This document shows positions 1-8,137 of a stretch of 49,553 nt of DNA, piece after piece. The stretch covers positions 1-49,553 of the forward strand of contig JAYTCK010000045.1 of the NCBI GenBank assembly GCA_043736515.1. Reading direction: 5' to 3'. Origin of the DNA: a bacterium. GTDB taxonomy: Bacteria; Patescibacteriota; Minisyncoccia; Phycocordibacterales; UBA6899. Below the pieces are notes generated by a model that saw only the letters and a program-made list of their open reading frames with translations, was not told the DNA's origin and did no database searches. A program made the translations under genes and the position numbers. Every line of letters begins with the position of its first letter. The stretch's first letter is position 1.

Positions 1-84
1 AAATGAAGATTATCTGAAGAGTACGGGACATAATAGCGGGATAATTGAGTAATTTGTAGTGTATAAACTAACATTATTTTCATA

Positions 85-214
85 AAACGCAAGTCTCCCC
101 CAGCACTCCTCCAGCCAACGTCAGCGACTTGATTTTTGGGATACGCATCGGCTTGGAGATGCTTGCATCATTCTGATGATGCCACTCCAGGATGCCTCCT
201 GTGACCCGGCATCC
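85..214 (-). ncRNA. Candidate structured small RNA (unassigned family)
   Basis: Four adjacent stems: GGATGCC/GGCATCC (190-196/208-214), GCATCAT/ATGATGC (165-171/176-182), GCATC/GATGC (145-149/158-162) and CAAGTC/GACTTG (90-95/126-131), with a short T run after the last on the minus strand. A -10-like TAGTCT (219-224, minus) lies just upstream. No tmRNA, RNase P or SRP hallmark recognised; strand is inferred. Confidence 0.3.
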
Positions 215-267
215 GTTTAGACTAATAGACCAAAAAGCAGGTTGTGTAATAAGCACAATAAATGTTA

Positions 268-302
268 AAAACAAAAACTCCCACAGGGGGAGTTTTTGTT
301 TT
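268..302 (-). terminator. Intrinsic terminator downstream of the micro-ORF (probably bidirectional)
   Basis: Perfect 15-bp inverted repeat AAAACAAAAACTCCC-acagg-GGGAGTTTTTGTTTT with A/T tails on both sides. Confidence 0.85.
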
Positions 303-317
303 GTGGAAGAAAAGGAT

Positions 318-380
318 TTACGCCTTCTTCTTCTTTGCTGCCTTCTTGGCTACTTTCTTTGCCTTCTTCTTTGCTGCCAT
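318..380 (-). CDS. 20-aa Lys/Ala-rich basic micropeptide MAAKKKAKKVAKKAAKKKKA (histone-H1-tail-like)
   Basis: Hand-translated from ATG (378-380) to TAA (318-320). Codons are almost all AAG/GCA. Flanked by a sigma70-like promoter (495-523) and a strong terminator (268-302). Too short for the supplied ORF track. Confidence 0.7.
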   Translation of the reverse strand: MAAKKKAKKVAKKAAKKKKA

Positions 381-494
381 ATTAGTTGAAGTTAGAGGCT
401 AATAAAGATGATTGCTTCGACCGAGAGCATCATTCAACTGATGCGAGTGTTCTTGATAAAAATTTCATTGCTAGCAACGAACACTCCTATCATC

Positions 495-523
495 ATTATC
501 ACTCGCAACTGTTTTGTACTCAA
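495..523 (-). promoter_or_regulatory. Sigma70-like promoter of the micropeptide transcript
   Basis: TTGAGT (518-523) - 17 nt - GATAAT (495-500) on the minus strand; predicted start near 488, giving a leader of about 108 nt. Confidence 0.55.
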
Positions 524-541
524 TATGTTTTCAAAGAAACA

Positions 542-550
542 TGTGGATAA
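542..550. promoter_or_regulatory. Single consensus DnaA box
   Basis: TGTGGATAA (reverse complement of TTATCCACA), followed by a very AT-rich tract at about 551-620. Confidence 0.35.
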
Positions 551-606
551 CTATTTATAAAAAAATATCTTACAAAAAAATAAAAAATATATATTTTATT
601 TTTTTG

Positions 607-1632
607 TTATATATTTTTAACAAACACTACTTCGGGCTCGAGTGTTATGTGTGTTTCATTGAGTGCACGCTCTTGTATGTGCGCAGCAAAACTTTGTATC
701 TCTTGTGCAGATGCGCCGCCATAGTTGATGAGAACCAATGCTTGTTCGCTCCATGTACCCACATTTCCTTCACGCACGCCACGCATAGAGAGGACGCGAT
801 CAATGATCCACGCAGCGGAAAGCTTCACATTCCCATTTTCGAGGGGATAGTTAGGCGAATCAGGAAAACGCACTAAAAAACTCGCCGCGATTTCTGCAGC
901 AACAATTGGGTTTTTGAAAAAAGACCCGGCGGTACCAAATTTCGTGAGGTCAGGAAATTTGCACCCACGTATCGTAAGTATTGCACTCCGCATATCCGCA
1001 AGTGAGTTTATTGGTTTTATATCCCTCGCATAAGTTTCAATGTCTTTGTACCCAAGCGATAGCGTGCCTTTTTGTGAAAGCAGAAAAGCCACGCGAAGCA
1101 CAATAAGATCTTTGCCTGTGTCGCGTTTAAAAATGCTTTCACGATAGCCGAACTGTACATCTGCTGTAGCGATGCGTCGCACGGTATCCGCTTTTCTGTC
1201 ATACGCTTCGATCCACTCGACCCGTTCGCAAACTTCTACTCCGTACGCACCGATATTCTGCACAACTGACGCACCAACAGAGCCGGGTATTCCCGAAAGA
1301 TTTTCAAGCCCAAACAGTTTATGCTCCACACTCATTGCAACAAAGGTGTCCCACGTTACACCCGCATCGACAACGGCGCACAGTGAATCTCCTTTTGCCT
1401 CCCACAAAATACCTTCACTATGCATGTGGATGACGAGTCCTGAAAAACCCGAATCAGGGATAAGCACATTTGATCCTCCACCGAGCACTAAAAGTGGGAG
1501 TTTATTTTGTTTGGCAAACTGTACTGCCTCTCGTGCGTCTTCGGTGGTAGTAACAGGAACGTAGTAACCAGCAGGTCCACCAACTTTAAGCGTCGTATAA
1601 GGTGCCAGCAAAATGTTTTCTCGCATAATCAT
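607..1632 (-). CDS. murB: UDP-N-acetylenolpyruvoylglucosamine reductase
   Basis: Motifs TTLKVGGPA, LGGGSNVL, GIPGSVGASVVQNIGAYG, FGYRESIFK, GTAGSFFKNP, QALVLINYG, LEPEV. Confidence 0.95.
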   Translation of the reverse strand: MIMRENILLAPYTTLKVGGPAGYYVPVTTTEDAREAVQFAKQNKLPLLVLGGGSNVLIPDSGFSGLVIHMHSEGILWEAKGDSLCAVVDAGVTWDTFVAMSVEHKLFGLENLSGIPGSVGASVVQNIGAYGVEVCERVEWIEAYDRKADTVRRIATADVQFGYRESIFKRDTGKDLIVLRVAFLLSQKGTLSLGYKDIETYARDIKPINSLADMRSAILTIRGCKFPDLTKFGTAGSFFKNPIVAAEIAASFLVRFPDSPNYPLENGNVKLSAAWIIDRVLSMRGVREGNVGTWSEQALVLINYGGASAQEIQSFAAHIQERALNETHITLEPEVVFVKNI

Positions 1633-1678
1633 GTTGTCCTTTTAATATAGAATGTGCGGCAATGAATGTCGAATAAAC

Positions 1679-1709
1679 AAAACAACCTCTCAAATTGAGA
1701 GGTTGTTTT
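1679..1709 (-). terminator. Intrinsic terminator after the O-antigen-ligase/TPR gene
   Basis: Inverted repeat AAAACAACCTCTC-aaatt-GAGAGGTTGTTTT. Confidence 0.85.
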
Positions 1710-1724
1710 TTGACTGTCATCAAT

Positions 1725-3911
1725 TTAGTTCGATGCTTGGATCTGCCGGATCAGCTGATCTCCCTGTTCCTTCAAGCTGGCATCCAGGCTAATTCCCTTC
1801 TCGACGGCCTCGATAGCTTTCTGCTTTTGTCCAAGCTGTGCGTATCCGCCGGCAAGCGAAAGGTAATCACGTGCTACAGCCTGACCTTGTGCGATCTTTT
1901 CGTTAAGGATTGCAATCAATTTATCAGAATATCCGCCGATGCCGTATGCGTTTATCACGCGGCTATCAAACGCAGCTGATGATGTTCCTACGATAGCATC
2001 CGCTTCATTGGGCTTCTTCTGATAGATCAGCGCGACAGCGTAGGCAATCTTTGCTTCACCATTTTCTGGGACAAGGTCGTAGGCAATTTTTGCCGTTGCT
2101 TCAGCGTCAGCATAACGCTGCATCGCAACATAGGTCATTGAAAGATCCAGATACGTTGATTGGCGCCTAGGTGAAAGCTCGATCGCTTTTTCAAAATGCG
2201 TGAGTGCCTTGTCATACTGACCAAATCGGGCATAAAACATTGCGGCGAACGACTGTGTGCGCAAATTGTCCGGATCATCCTTAAGCGCAAGATCGAATTG
2301 CTCATTCGCGAGATCATAAAATTGCTGTCGGAGGGGTTCGGGTACTCGAGGATCGAGCGTCTGGAATGAGAGCTGAATGATCTGCTCGCGTGCCTCTCCT
2401 GTCCCAAAGCGATCTGGACTGACCACATCAGCGAGAGTAATCTTCTTGCCACCTTTGCCGTCGTCTACAAGTACACCTTCAGGGCGTATGCCATTGATGA
2501 GTGCGATGTTCGCATTGATATTGCGAATATTGATGAAGTAAATCATACCCACAGTAATGGCGACCACGATAGCTCCGACGATAGCAAAGTCCCCGGGCTC
2601 CATTGCATCATCTTTTTTGTGCTTGTGGGTAACAGCCTTCTCTTTCTCGGGGTTGGGCGCCTCAAGTGTGTGGAGGTATGCGAGCGCTCCAAAGAAGAAG
2701 ATGTAGCTGGTCAGGTTGTCGAACACAAAGATATTGTGAATAAAATACCCCGCGAGCATGCCCGTGAGAATACTTCGTTCAACTACCGTAAAATGGTGCT
2801 TACGCGAAAACCATAGATAGTAGATTGCTGCCCCAAATAGTGAGAGGTACGAAAGTATACCGAGCGCGCCTCCCGCAATCATCCAATCGAAGAATACATT
2901 GTGCGAGCGATCAAACCATGGCTCCTGATTATACATTTGCGGATTGTAGTGTTTGGAGAATACATAGAGGAAATTGTCCTGACCCCAACCCAAGACAGGG
3001 CGCTCTTTAAAACCTTCCCATGACATCTTCCAGATCATAAAGCGGGAATTGGTAGTCTTGTCTGCAAGCGAAATACCTGCCATACGAGAAAGTGTCGGAC
3101 TTGATTGAATGAACTCTGATTGTCTAAATGTGATAAACAGCGCAACGAGTGCGACCATTCCCACCAAACCCCCGATGGCGTATTTTTTAAGGGTTTTGTG
3201 TTCCTTATCGAAAAACGCAATAAGGAGGAGCGTGAGTGTCACACCGCCGACAACGGAAAGAATCGTACCGCGAGTACCGGTGTAGTAGAGAATGACGAGG
3301 TTGAGGGCTGCAGCGACAGGATAGAGCCAATGTAGTCCTTTTTGTTTGGAAGAGCGAAAGTAAAGAAAGATCGCAATGAATGCGTGGAAAAACATGTAAA
3401 TCGCAAGGTAGGTTGAATTGCCGAATGTTGCATCAACGCGGCCATGCATTTCGGTTTTCCCCGCAATTTGCGTAAACGCATAAATGACGACAATGAGCGA
3501 AGCCCCGAGTGATGTTCGCCAAAACCAGTTCCATATTTCTTCAGTGAGCAGTACAGAGCCTGCGATGACAAAGTAAAGAAAGAGGTGCACATGGGTGATA
3601 AGCCCTTCCATGCGCTCGTAATTAGACCAAAAACTGCGATATGGGTTCGCACCGAGAAAATCGGCGAGCGCAATGACACAGAGAAATGTGCCAGCTGCAC
3701 CTAAAATCCAAGAAAACTTCGGACGATACGTCGCATCGAGAAACATAAGAAGCACCCATGCGCCGAGCATTATTTCAACCAAAATACGAAAAGTGAAGTT
3801 CTTGCCCGTAATGAAGGGAAAAAACATCGTCTCTGCAACCAAAAGACAAATAAAAGGCGTGGCAAAGAAACACGCAAGTACAGTAAATCGTAGAATATCA
3901 CGTAATAGCAT
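1725..3911 (-). CDS. O-antigen ligase (Wzy_C)-family membrane protein with C-terminal TPRs
   Basis: About 12-13 hydrophobic segments; TGTRG, SRFMIW, RPVLGWG, RSHNVFFD (conserved His) motifs; TPR-like C-terminus (ALTHFEKAIELSP, AIEAVEKGISLD). Start placed at MLLRD (3911) because a TATAGT hexamer lies 7 nt upstream; the ORF track starts at 3947. Confidence 0.85.
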   Translation of the reverse strand: MLLRDILRFTVLACFFATPFICLLVAETMFFPFITGKNFTFRILVEIMLGAWVLLMFLDATYRPKFSWILGAAGTFLCVIALADFLGANPYRSFWSNYERMEGLITHVHLFLYFVIAGSVLLTEEIWNWFWRTSLGASLIVVIYAFTQIAGKTEMHGRVDATFGNSTYLAIYMFFHAFIAIFLYFRSSKQKGLHWLYPVAAALNLVILYYTGTRGTILSVVGGVTLTLLLIAFFDKEHKTLKKYAIGGLVGMVALVALFITFRQSEFIQSSPTLSRMAGISLADKTTNSRFMIWKMSWEGFKERPVLGWGQDNFLYVFSKHYNPQMYNQEPWFDRSHNVFFDWMIAGGALGILSYLSLFGAAIYYLWFSRKHHFTVVERSILTGMLAGYFIHNIFVFDNLTSYIFFFGALAYLHTLEAPNPEKEKAVTHKHKKDDAMEPGDFAIVGAIVVAITVGMIYFINIRNINANIALINGIRPEGVLVDDGKGGKKITLADVVSPDRFGTGEAREQIIQLSFQTLDPRVPEPLRQQFYDLANEQFDLALKDDPDNLRTQSFAAMFYARFGQYDKALTHFEKAIELSPRRQSTYLDLSMTYVAMQRYADAEATAKIAYDLVPENGEAKIAYAVALIYQKKPNEADAIVGTSSAAFDSRVINAYGIGGYSDKLIAILNEKIAQGQAVARDYLSLAGGYAQLGQKQKAIEAVEKGISLDASLKEQGDQLIRQIQASN

Positions 3912-3948
3912 GGGATTTACTATATAGGGTAAATACGATGAGCGCAAA

Positions 3949-4656
3949 TTACATCACTAAGGACGAGTCGAGGCGTTTGTAGCCAGTATTTTGGCTTAGC
4001 TCCTCAAGCGCGTGGGCGCCCATGCCGGCAGTGCGAGCGAAGACGAAGAGCGCTTTGGCGGCAGCGGGTCGCATACCAAATGAAAGCGTGGCAGCAGCAA
4101 ATGCACCGTCTACATTGAGGGGAAGTTTCTTGCCCTTGGACTCATGGAGCGCCGCTTCAATAGCATAGGCTTTCTCAAACGGTGCGAGTGAAACCCCTGA
4201 TGCCTTTGCTTTTGAATAAATGAGCGTGGCGCGGGGATCTTCATCTTTATAGATTCGATGACCGAAGCCGGGGATATTTTTCTTGGCACTCATATATTCC
4301 GCAACTATCTCGCGTGCACCACCTTCTCGGGCGAGCATGTGCGCAGCAGCTTCCCCTGCTCCACCGTGCGCTTCCCCCATGGCGAGCATGCCGGCAGCCA
4401 TCGCAGTGTGAACCGAATTTCCCGAAGCCACACTTATACGCGGCACGTATGCAGAAGGTGTTTCAATGCCATGTTCGGCGGCAGCAACAAGCAGCGTATC
4501 GAGAAGTGCACGCTCGCCAAGAGTGGGCAGCTTTCCGCTGTACAACAAAAAAATAACTTCAGTGAAGGTATGAGTCTTCATCAGCTCTGTCATCTTCACG
4601 CCGTAAATAGTATGTTCCTCCTTTTCAGACTTACTAATCTTTGTTTCAAATTTCAT
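3949..4656 (-). CDS. Citryl-CoA lyase-like protein (citrate synthase fold, short form)
   Basis: 235 aa; motifs AAAEHG, EAHGGAG, IPGFGHRIYKDEDPR (catalytic His), LNVDG (catalytic Asp); N-terminus FETKIS resembles the Ccl/ACL lyase module. Confidence 0.8.
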   Translation of the reverse strand: MKFETKISKSEKEEHTIYGVKMTELMKTHTFTEVIFLLYSGKLPTLGERALLDTLLVAAAEHGIETPSAYVPRISVASGNSVHTAMAAGMLAMGEAHGGAGEAAAHMLAREGGAREIVAEYMSAKKNIPGFGHRIYKDEDPRATLIYSKAKASGVSLAPFEKAYAIEAALHESKGKKLPLNVDGAFAAATLSFGMRPAAAKALFVFARTAGMGAHALEELSQNTGYKRLDSSLVM

Positions 4657-4662
4657 AGATGT

Positions 4663-5565
4663 CTACTTACCTGCTAATTTTTTGAGTATATCAACAATGT
4701 CTTCCGGAGTCTGTGCAATGTGTGCACCTGCAGCTTTCAGTGCTGCGATCTTAGTGGACGCCTTACCTTTATCGCCCTCGATGATCGCCCCTGCGTGTCC
4801 GAGTGCCGTCCCCCACGGTAATGACTCCGCAAAGATTCCCGCGATGAGCGCGATAACCGGTTTTGTGATTTCTTTCGCAATAATCGCACTGGCGAGCGTG
4901 TCTTCATATGTCCCTCCCACTTCTCCAAACACGACAATTGCTTTTGTTTCAGGATCTTTTTCAAATAGCAGGGCAATATCGCGAAAGTCGCTTCCAATAA
5001 GCGGGTCCCCTCCGGTACCGATTATGGTGCTTTGTCCGATACCATTTTCCGTGAGCATCCGCGAGATCTCCGCTGTCATCCCCCCGCTCTTTGAGATCAC
5101 CCCAACTGATCCTTTCAAAAAAATCTTATCTGCAAGGCCCGATGAACCAATGCTTCCAATCTTGGAGTTCCCTGGCGAGAGTATCCCCACAGATGACGGC
5201 CCCACAATACGTACGCCGTTGTTTCGAGCGAGTGCAATCAGTCGTGCGACATGCAGTATGGGAACTCGTTCACTCAAAATGTTGATCAGGGGAATATTCG
5301 CCGCAATAGATTCTTCTCCCGCGGCACCAACAAATTTTCCTGGCACGGCGATGAGGGCAGTATTAATCTCAGGAAATTTTTTGACCGCCTCGGCGACCGT
5401 GTTGAAGATGGGAACTCCTTCCGGTGTCACTTCACCTCCCTTTCCTGGAGTAACACCGGCCTCCACCTTGGTTCCGTACGCAAGCATTTCACGAGCAGCA
5501 CGCGAGCCTTCTTTGCCGGTGATGCCCTGTACGACCACCCTGGTATTTTTATTAACGAGAATCAT
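4663..5565 (-). CDS. Citryl-CoA synthetase/ATP-citrate lyase alpha-like subunit (SucD fold, CoA-binding)
   Basis: VVVQGITGKEG, GVTPGKGG, IVGPSSVG, SKSGGM (ACL-type; SucD usually SRSGTL), GTGGD, GEVGG and phospho-His motif GHAGA. Confidence 0.85.
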   Translation of the reverse strand: MILVNKNTRVVVQGITGKEGSRAAREMLAYGTKVEAGVTPGKGGEVTPEGVPIFNTVAEAVKKFPEINTALIAVPGKFVGAAGEESIAANIPLINILSERVPILHVARLIALARNNGVRIVGPSSVGILSPGNSKIGSIGSSGLADKIFLKGSVGVISKSGGMTAEISRMLTENGIGQSTIIGTGGDPLIGSDFRDIALLFEKDPETKAIVVFGEVGGTYEDTLASAIIAKEITKPVIALIAGIFAESLPWGTALGHAGAIIEGDKGKASTKIAALKAAGAHIAQTPEDIVDILKKLAGK

Positions 5566-6620
5566 ATTTGCTCTTTCATAAGTTTCATTAAGCGTACCGC
5601 TGATTCTGCCATAGAAATTTCTGATCCGAACACATGCATGTTATATCCTTCGTTCGCGACAACTTCCATAAGCATTGCTCTCGCCTCTTCTTGTCTCGGG
5701 CCATCACGACGAATCACGATGGGGTAGGTGGGCTTTGGGGTGACCTTGCGCAAACCATCCACGAACCCGGACATTGTTTCAAATATATCTGTAAAGTTTG
5801 CCGTGCCACCGACAACCCATACTCCCTTTAAATTTGGCTGTCCGAGCACGCGCATCGTCAGTTCCTCAACGACCTGCCTCTTCGGGTTTCCTGAATACTC
5901 GACATAGTTTGCGGGCTTTCCACCCGAGCGCATGAGAATGTCGATGTTGAGCATTGATGCTCCGCCCCCTGAGGCGATTACGGCAATGTCTCCGCCAAGT
6001 TCGATAAATGGCCGCTCATTTGTTTCTTTGAGTGCATCATCGTAAATCACTTTTGCATCACCCGCAACAACACTGCCGTCGGCAAACACAAAGAGCGGAT
6101 TGATTTCGGCCATCAGTACTCCCTCTTCACAAAAAAGTTTCCAAAGTTTGTTCACGAGTAGAAAAACATCGTCCGTAATGGGTTCACCAAATGCTTGAGT
6201 GAGCGCTGAATGGGAAAGTCCCGCAAGAATATCAATAGGAATAATTTTTGCATTATGGACACCCGTCCCTCCCCGAGCATTGAGTGCAAGCACGGGAGAA
6301 CGATACGACGTAGAGTACGAAAAACTTACGTACATTTCTGTTTCTGGAACAATCACTTCTTCGGCGAGAAGTAGGGCGGGCAAATATCCGTCAATTGGGA
6401 GCGCAAAAAGCTTTTGTTTTACAGCCACGAATTCTTCGGCGCTTTCAACGAGAACAATCCCCCCTTTTGCTTTTCTGTCACTTGCAGGAACTTGCGACTT
6501 AAGCATGAGCGGGAACGAAAGTGCGGTTTTTTGGGTTTCGGGATGAATTAACTCAAACGCGGGTACTGCAATACCGTATTTTTCAAAAAGCGCCTTCCCT
6601 TCATGTTCGCATATCTTCAT
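5562..6620 (-). CDS. Citryl-CoA synthetase/ATP-citrate lyase beta-like subunit (ATP-grasp plus citrate-binding domain)
   Basis: EHEGKALF and RKAKGG, EINPL, DAK; C-terminal GGGASM, NYVEYSGNP, GGTANFTDI and RRDGP match the ACL citrate-binding domain rather than SucC (NGAGLAM, NFLDVGG). Confidence 0.85.
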   Translation of the reverse strand: MKICEHEGKALFEKYGIAVPAFELIHPETQKTALSFPLMLKSQVPASDRKAKGGIVLVESAEEFVAVKQKLFALPIDGYLPALLLAEEVIVPETEMYVSFSYSTSYRSPVLALNARGGTGVHNAKIIPIDILAGLSHSALTQAFGEPITDDVFLLVNKLWKLFCEEGVLMAEINPLFVFADGSVVAGDAKVIYDDALKETNERPFIELGGDIAVIASGGGASMLNIDILMRSGGKPANYVEYSGNPKRQVVEELTMRVLGQPNLKGVWVVGGTANFTDIFETMSGFVDGLRKVTPKPTYPIVIRRDGPRQEEARAMLMEVVANEGYNMHVFGSEISMAESAVRLMKLMKEQI

Positions 6621-6643
6621 ACTTTATATACAACTCGGCTATA

Positions 6644-8134
6644 TCAGAATTGGAAGTAAATAAATTGCTGGCTTTCAGTTTTTGCAAAAATAATAATGAG
6701 GAGCAGCGCTGTCGCAACCAGGAACCACTGAATGCCGTATCGCGCAAACCGATTTTCTATTGCAAAAATACGACTCACATAATTATGAATGTAGAGATAT
6801 TCGGCGACAAGAAGGAGGCCAATGCCCCCAAGCGCCCAATAAAAATCATAATCTGATTTACCCATAAAAACGTATTCCTGATAAAAGTCTGTGCGACTCA
6901 TGCCTTCCGGGAACGCATCCCACCCCGTAAACATTTGCCCAATGATGTGGAAAGCGCTGCCGATGTTTTCAGCACGAAAAAAGACCCATGTAAGACAGAT
7001 AAGGGTGAACGTCAGAAGCGTTTGGAGGAGTATGACAAACGAGCGGACAAAAACGGACGCGCCATTCATGCTCACGGCAACGCCAAGCTTCTTCATAAGT
7101 GTTTCGAGCACCAGATAACATCCATTGAGCCCGCCCCAAATCACGTATGTCCAATTTGCTCCATGCCAAAGACCGGAAAGAAGAAATGTCACCATGAGAT
7201 TCCAGATATGACGACGCTCTCCCTTTTTACTTCCACCCAGCGGCACATACACATAATCTTTAAACCATGTGGAAAGCGAAATATGCCACCTCCTCCAGAA
7301 CTCACCGACTGAGCGCGAGAAATACGGCTGGCGAAAATTTTCCATAAGTGAAAATCCCATCACGCGTGCGGAGCCAATCGCAATATAGGAGTACCCCGCA
7401 AAATCACAATAGATCTGAAATGCGAAAAAGACGGTGGCGATAACAAAGCTGGGTGCAAGATACTCCAAGGGATGGTCATAAACCTGATCCACAAATGGTG
7501 CGAGATTGTCCGCGATGAAGAGCTTCATAAAAAAACCGTACACCATGAGCCGCAGGCCCTTCCCGATACGCCCAAATTCGACGTTATGCTTCTCGCGAAA
7601 TTGGTGGAGTAGGTTTTGTGGTCGCTCGATGGGACCTGCAACGAGCTGCGGATAGAACATCACATACGTAGCTAGGATGAGAAAGTTCTTCTCTGGCTTC
7701 TGGTTGCCGCGATACACCTCAATGGTATAGCTCAGGCTTTGGAAGACGTGAAATGAGAGACCGATGGGGAGAACGAGTGAAAGTGCTTCAAGCGAATAGT
7801 TCCAGTGCAAAAAGTCAGCGAGTCCGGCGAGGTTGGCGTTAAAAAAATTAAAATACTTAAAAATAAAGAGCGCGCCAACATTCGCAATAATACTTGCAAC
7901 TAAAAATTGTCTCCTTCTCTTGCCCTCTGCATTCGCAATGGCAATTCCCGCAAAGTAATCTACGGTGATCGTAAACGCCAAAATGAGAATGAACGCCGGA
8001 ATGAACGCCATGTAGAAATAGCAGCTCGCAGCAAGGAGCCACAATACGCGGTATCGATACGGCAGCATAAAATACATGGCCGTAACGATGGGGAAAAAGA
8101 TGAGAAAATTAATGGAGTTGAACAGCATAGACAA
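6644..8134 (-). CDS. MBOAT O-acyltransferase (AlgI/PatA/DltB-like)
   Basis: MLFNS start; LPIGLSFHVFQSLSY, PQLVAGPIER, QIYCDFAGYS, ENFRQPY, FWRRWHISLSTWFKDY, SGLWHGANWT (catalytic His), FIYFQF end. Confidence 0.95.
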   Translation of the reverse strand: MSMLFNSINFLIFFPIVTAMYFMLPYRYRVLWLLAASCYFYMAFIPAFILILAFTITVDYFAGIAIANAEGKRRRQFLVASIIANVGALFIFKYFNFFNANLAGLADFLHWNYSLEALSLVLPIGLSFHVFQSLSYTIEVYRGNQKPEKNFLILATYVMFYPQLVAGPIERPQNLLHQFREKHNVEFGRIGKGLRLMVYGFFMKLFIADNLAPFVDQVYDHPLEYLAPSFVIATVFFAFQIYCDFAGYSYIAIGSARVMGFSLMENFRQPYFSRSVGEFWRRWHISLSTWFKDYVYVPLGGSKKGERRHIWNLMVTFLLSGLWHGANWTYVIWGGLNGCYLVLETLMKKLGVAVSMNGASVFVRSFVILLQTLLTFTLICLTWVFFRAENIGSAFHIIGQMFTGWDAFPEGMSRTDFYQEYVFMGKSDYDFYWALGGIGLLLVAEYLYIHNYVSRIFAIENRFARYGIQWFLVATALLLIIIFAKTESQQFIYFQF

Positions 8135-8137
8135 TAA

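Noticed and set aside
1-52. Possible 3' end of a + strand CDS (NEDYLKSTGHNSGIIE, stop at 50-52)
   Set aside because: Only 16 codons are visible and no motif is recognisable; cannot be supported from this window.
80-274. 64-aa minus-strand ORF from the track
   Set aside because: Starts at a TTG inside the terminator stem, has no RBS or protein-like motif, and overlaps the hairpin cluster.
542-620. oriC
   Set aside because: Only one consensus DnaA box seen and no dnaA/dnaN nearby.
4682-5581. 299-aa + strand ORF
   Set aside because: Antisense shadow of the SucD-fold gene, with a Ser/Pro/Ala/Ile-rich composition typical of reverse-frame mirrors.
3949-6620. Reading these genes as TCA-cycle sucC/sucD/gltA or as evidence of rTCA autotrophy
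   Set aside because: Motifs are ACL/Ccs-type, and no other rTCA or TCA genes are in the window.
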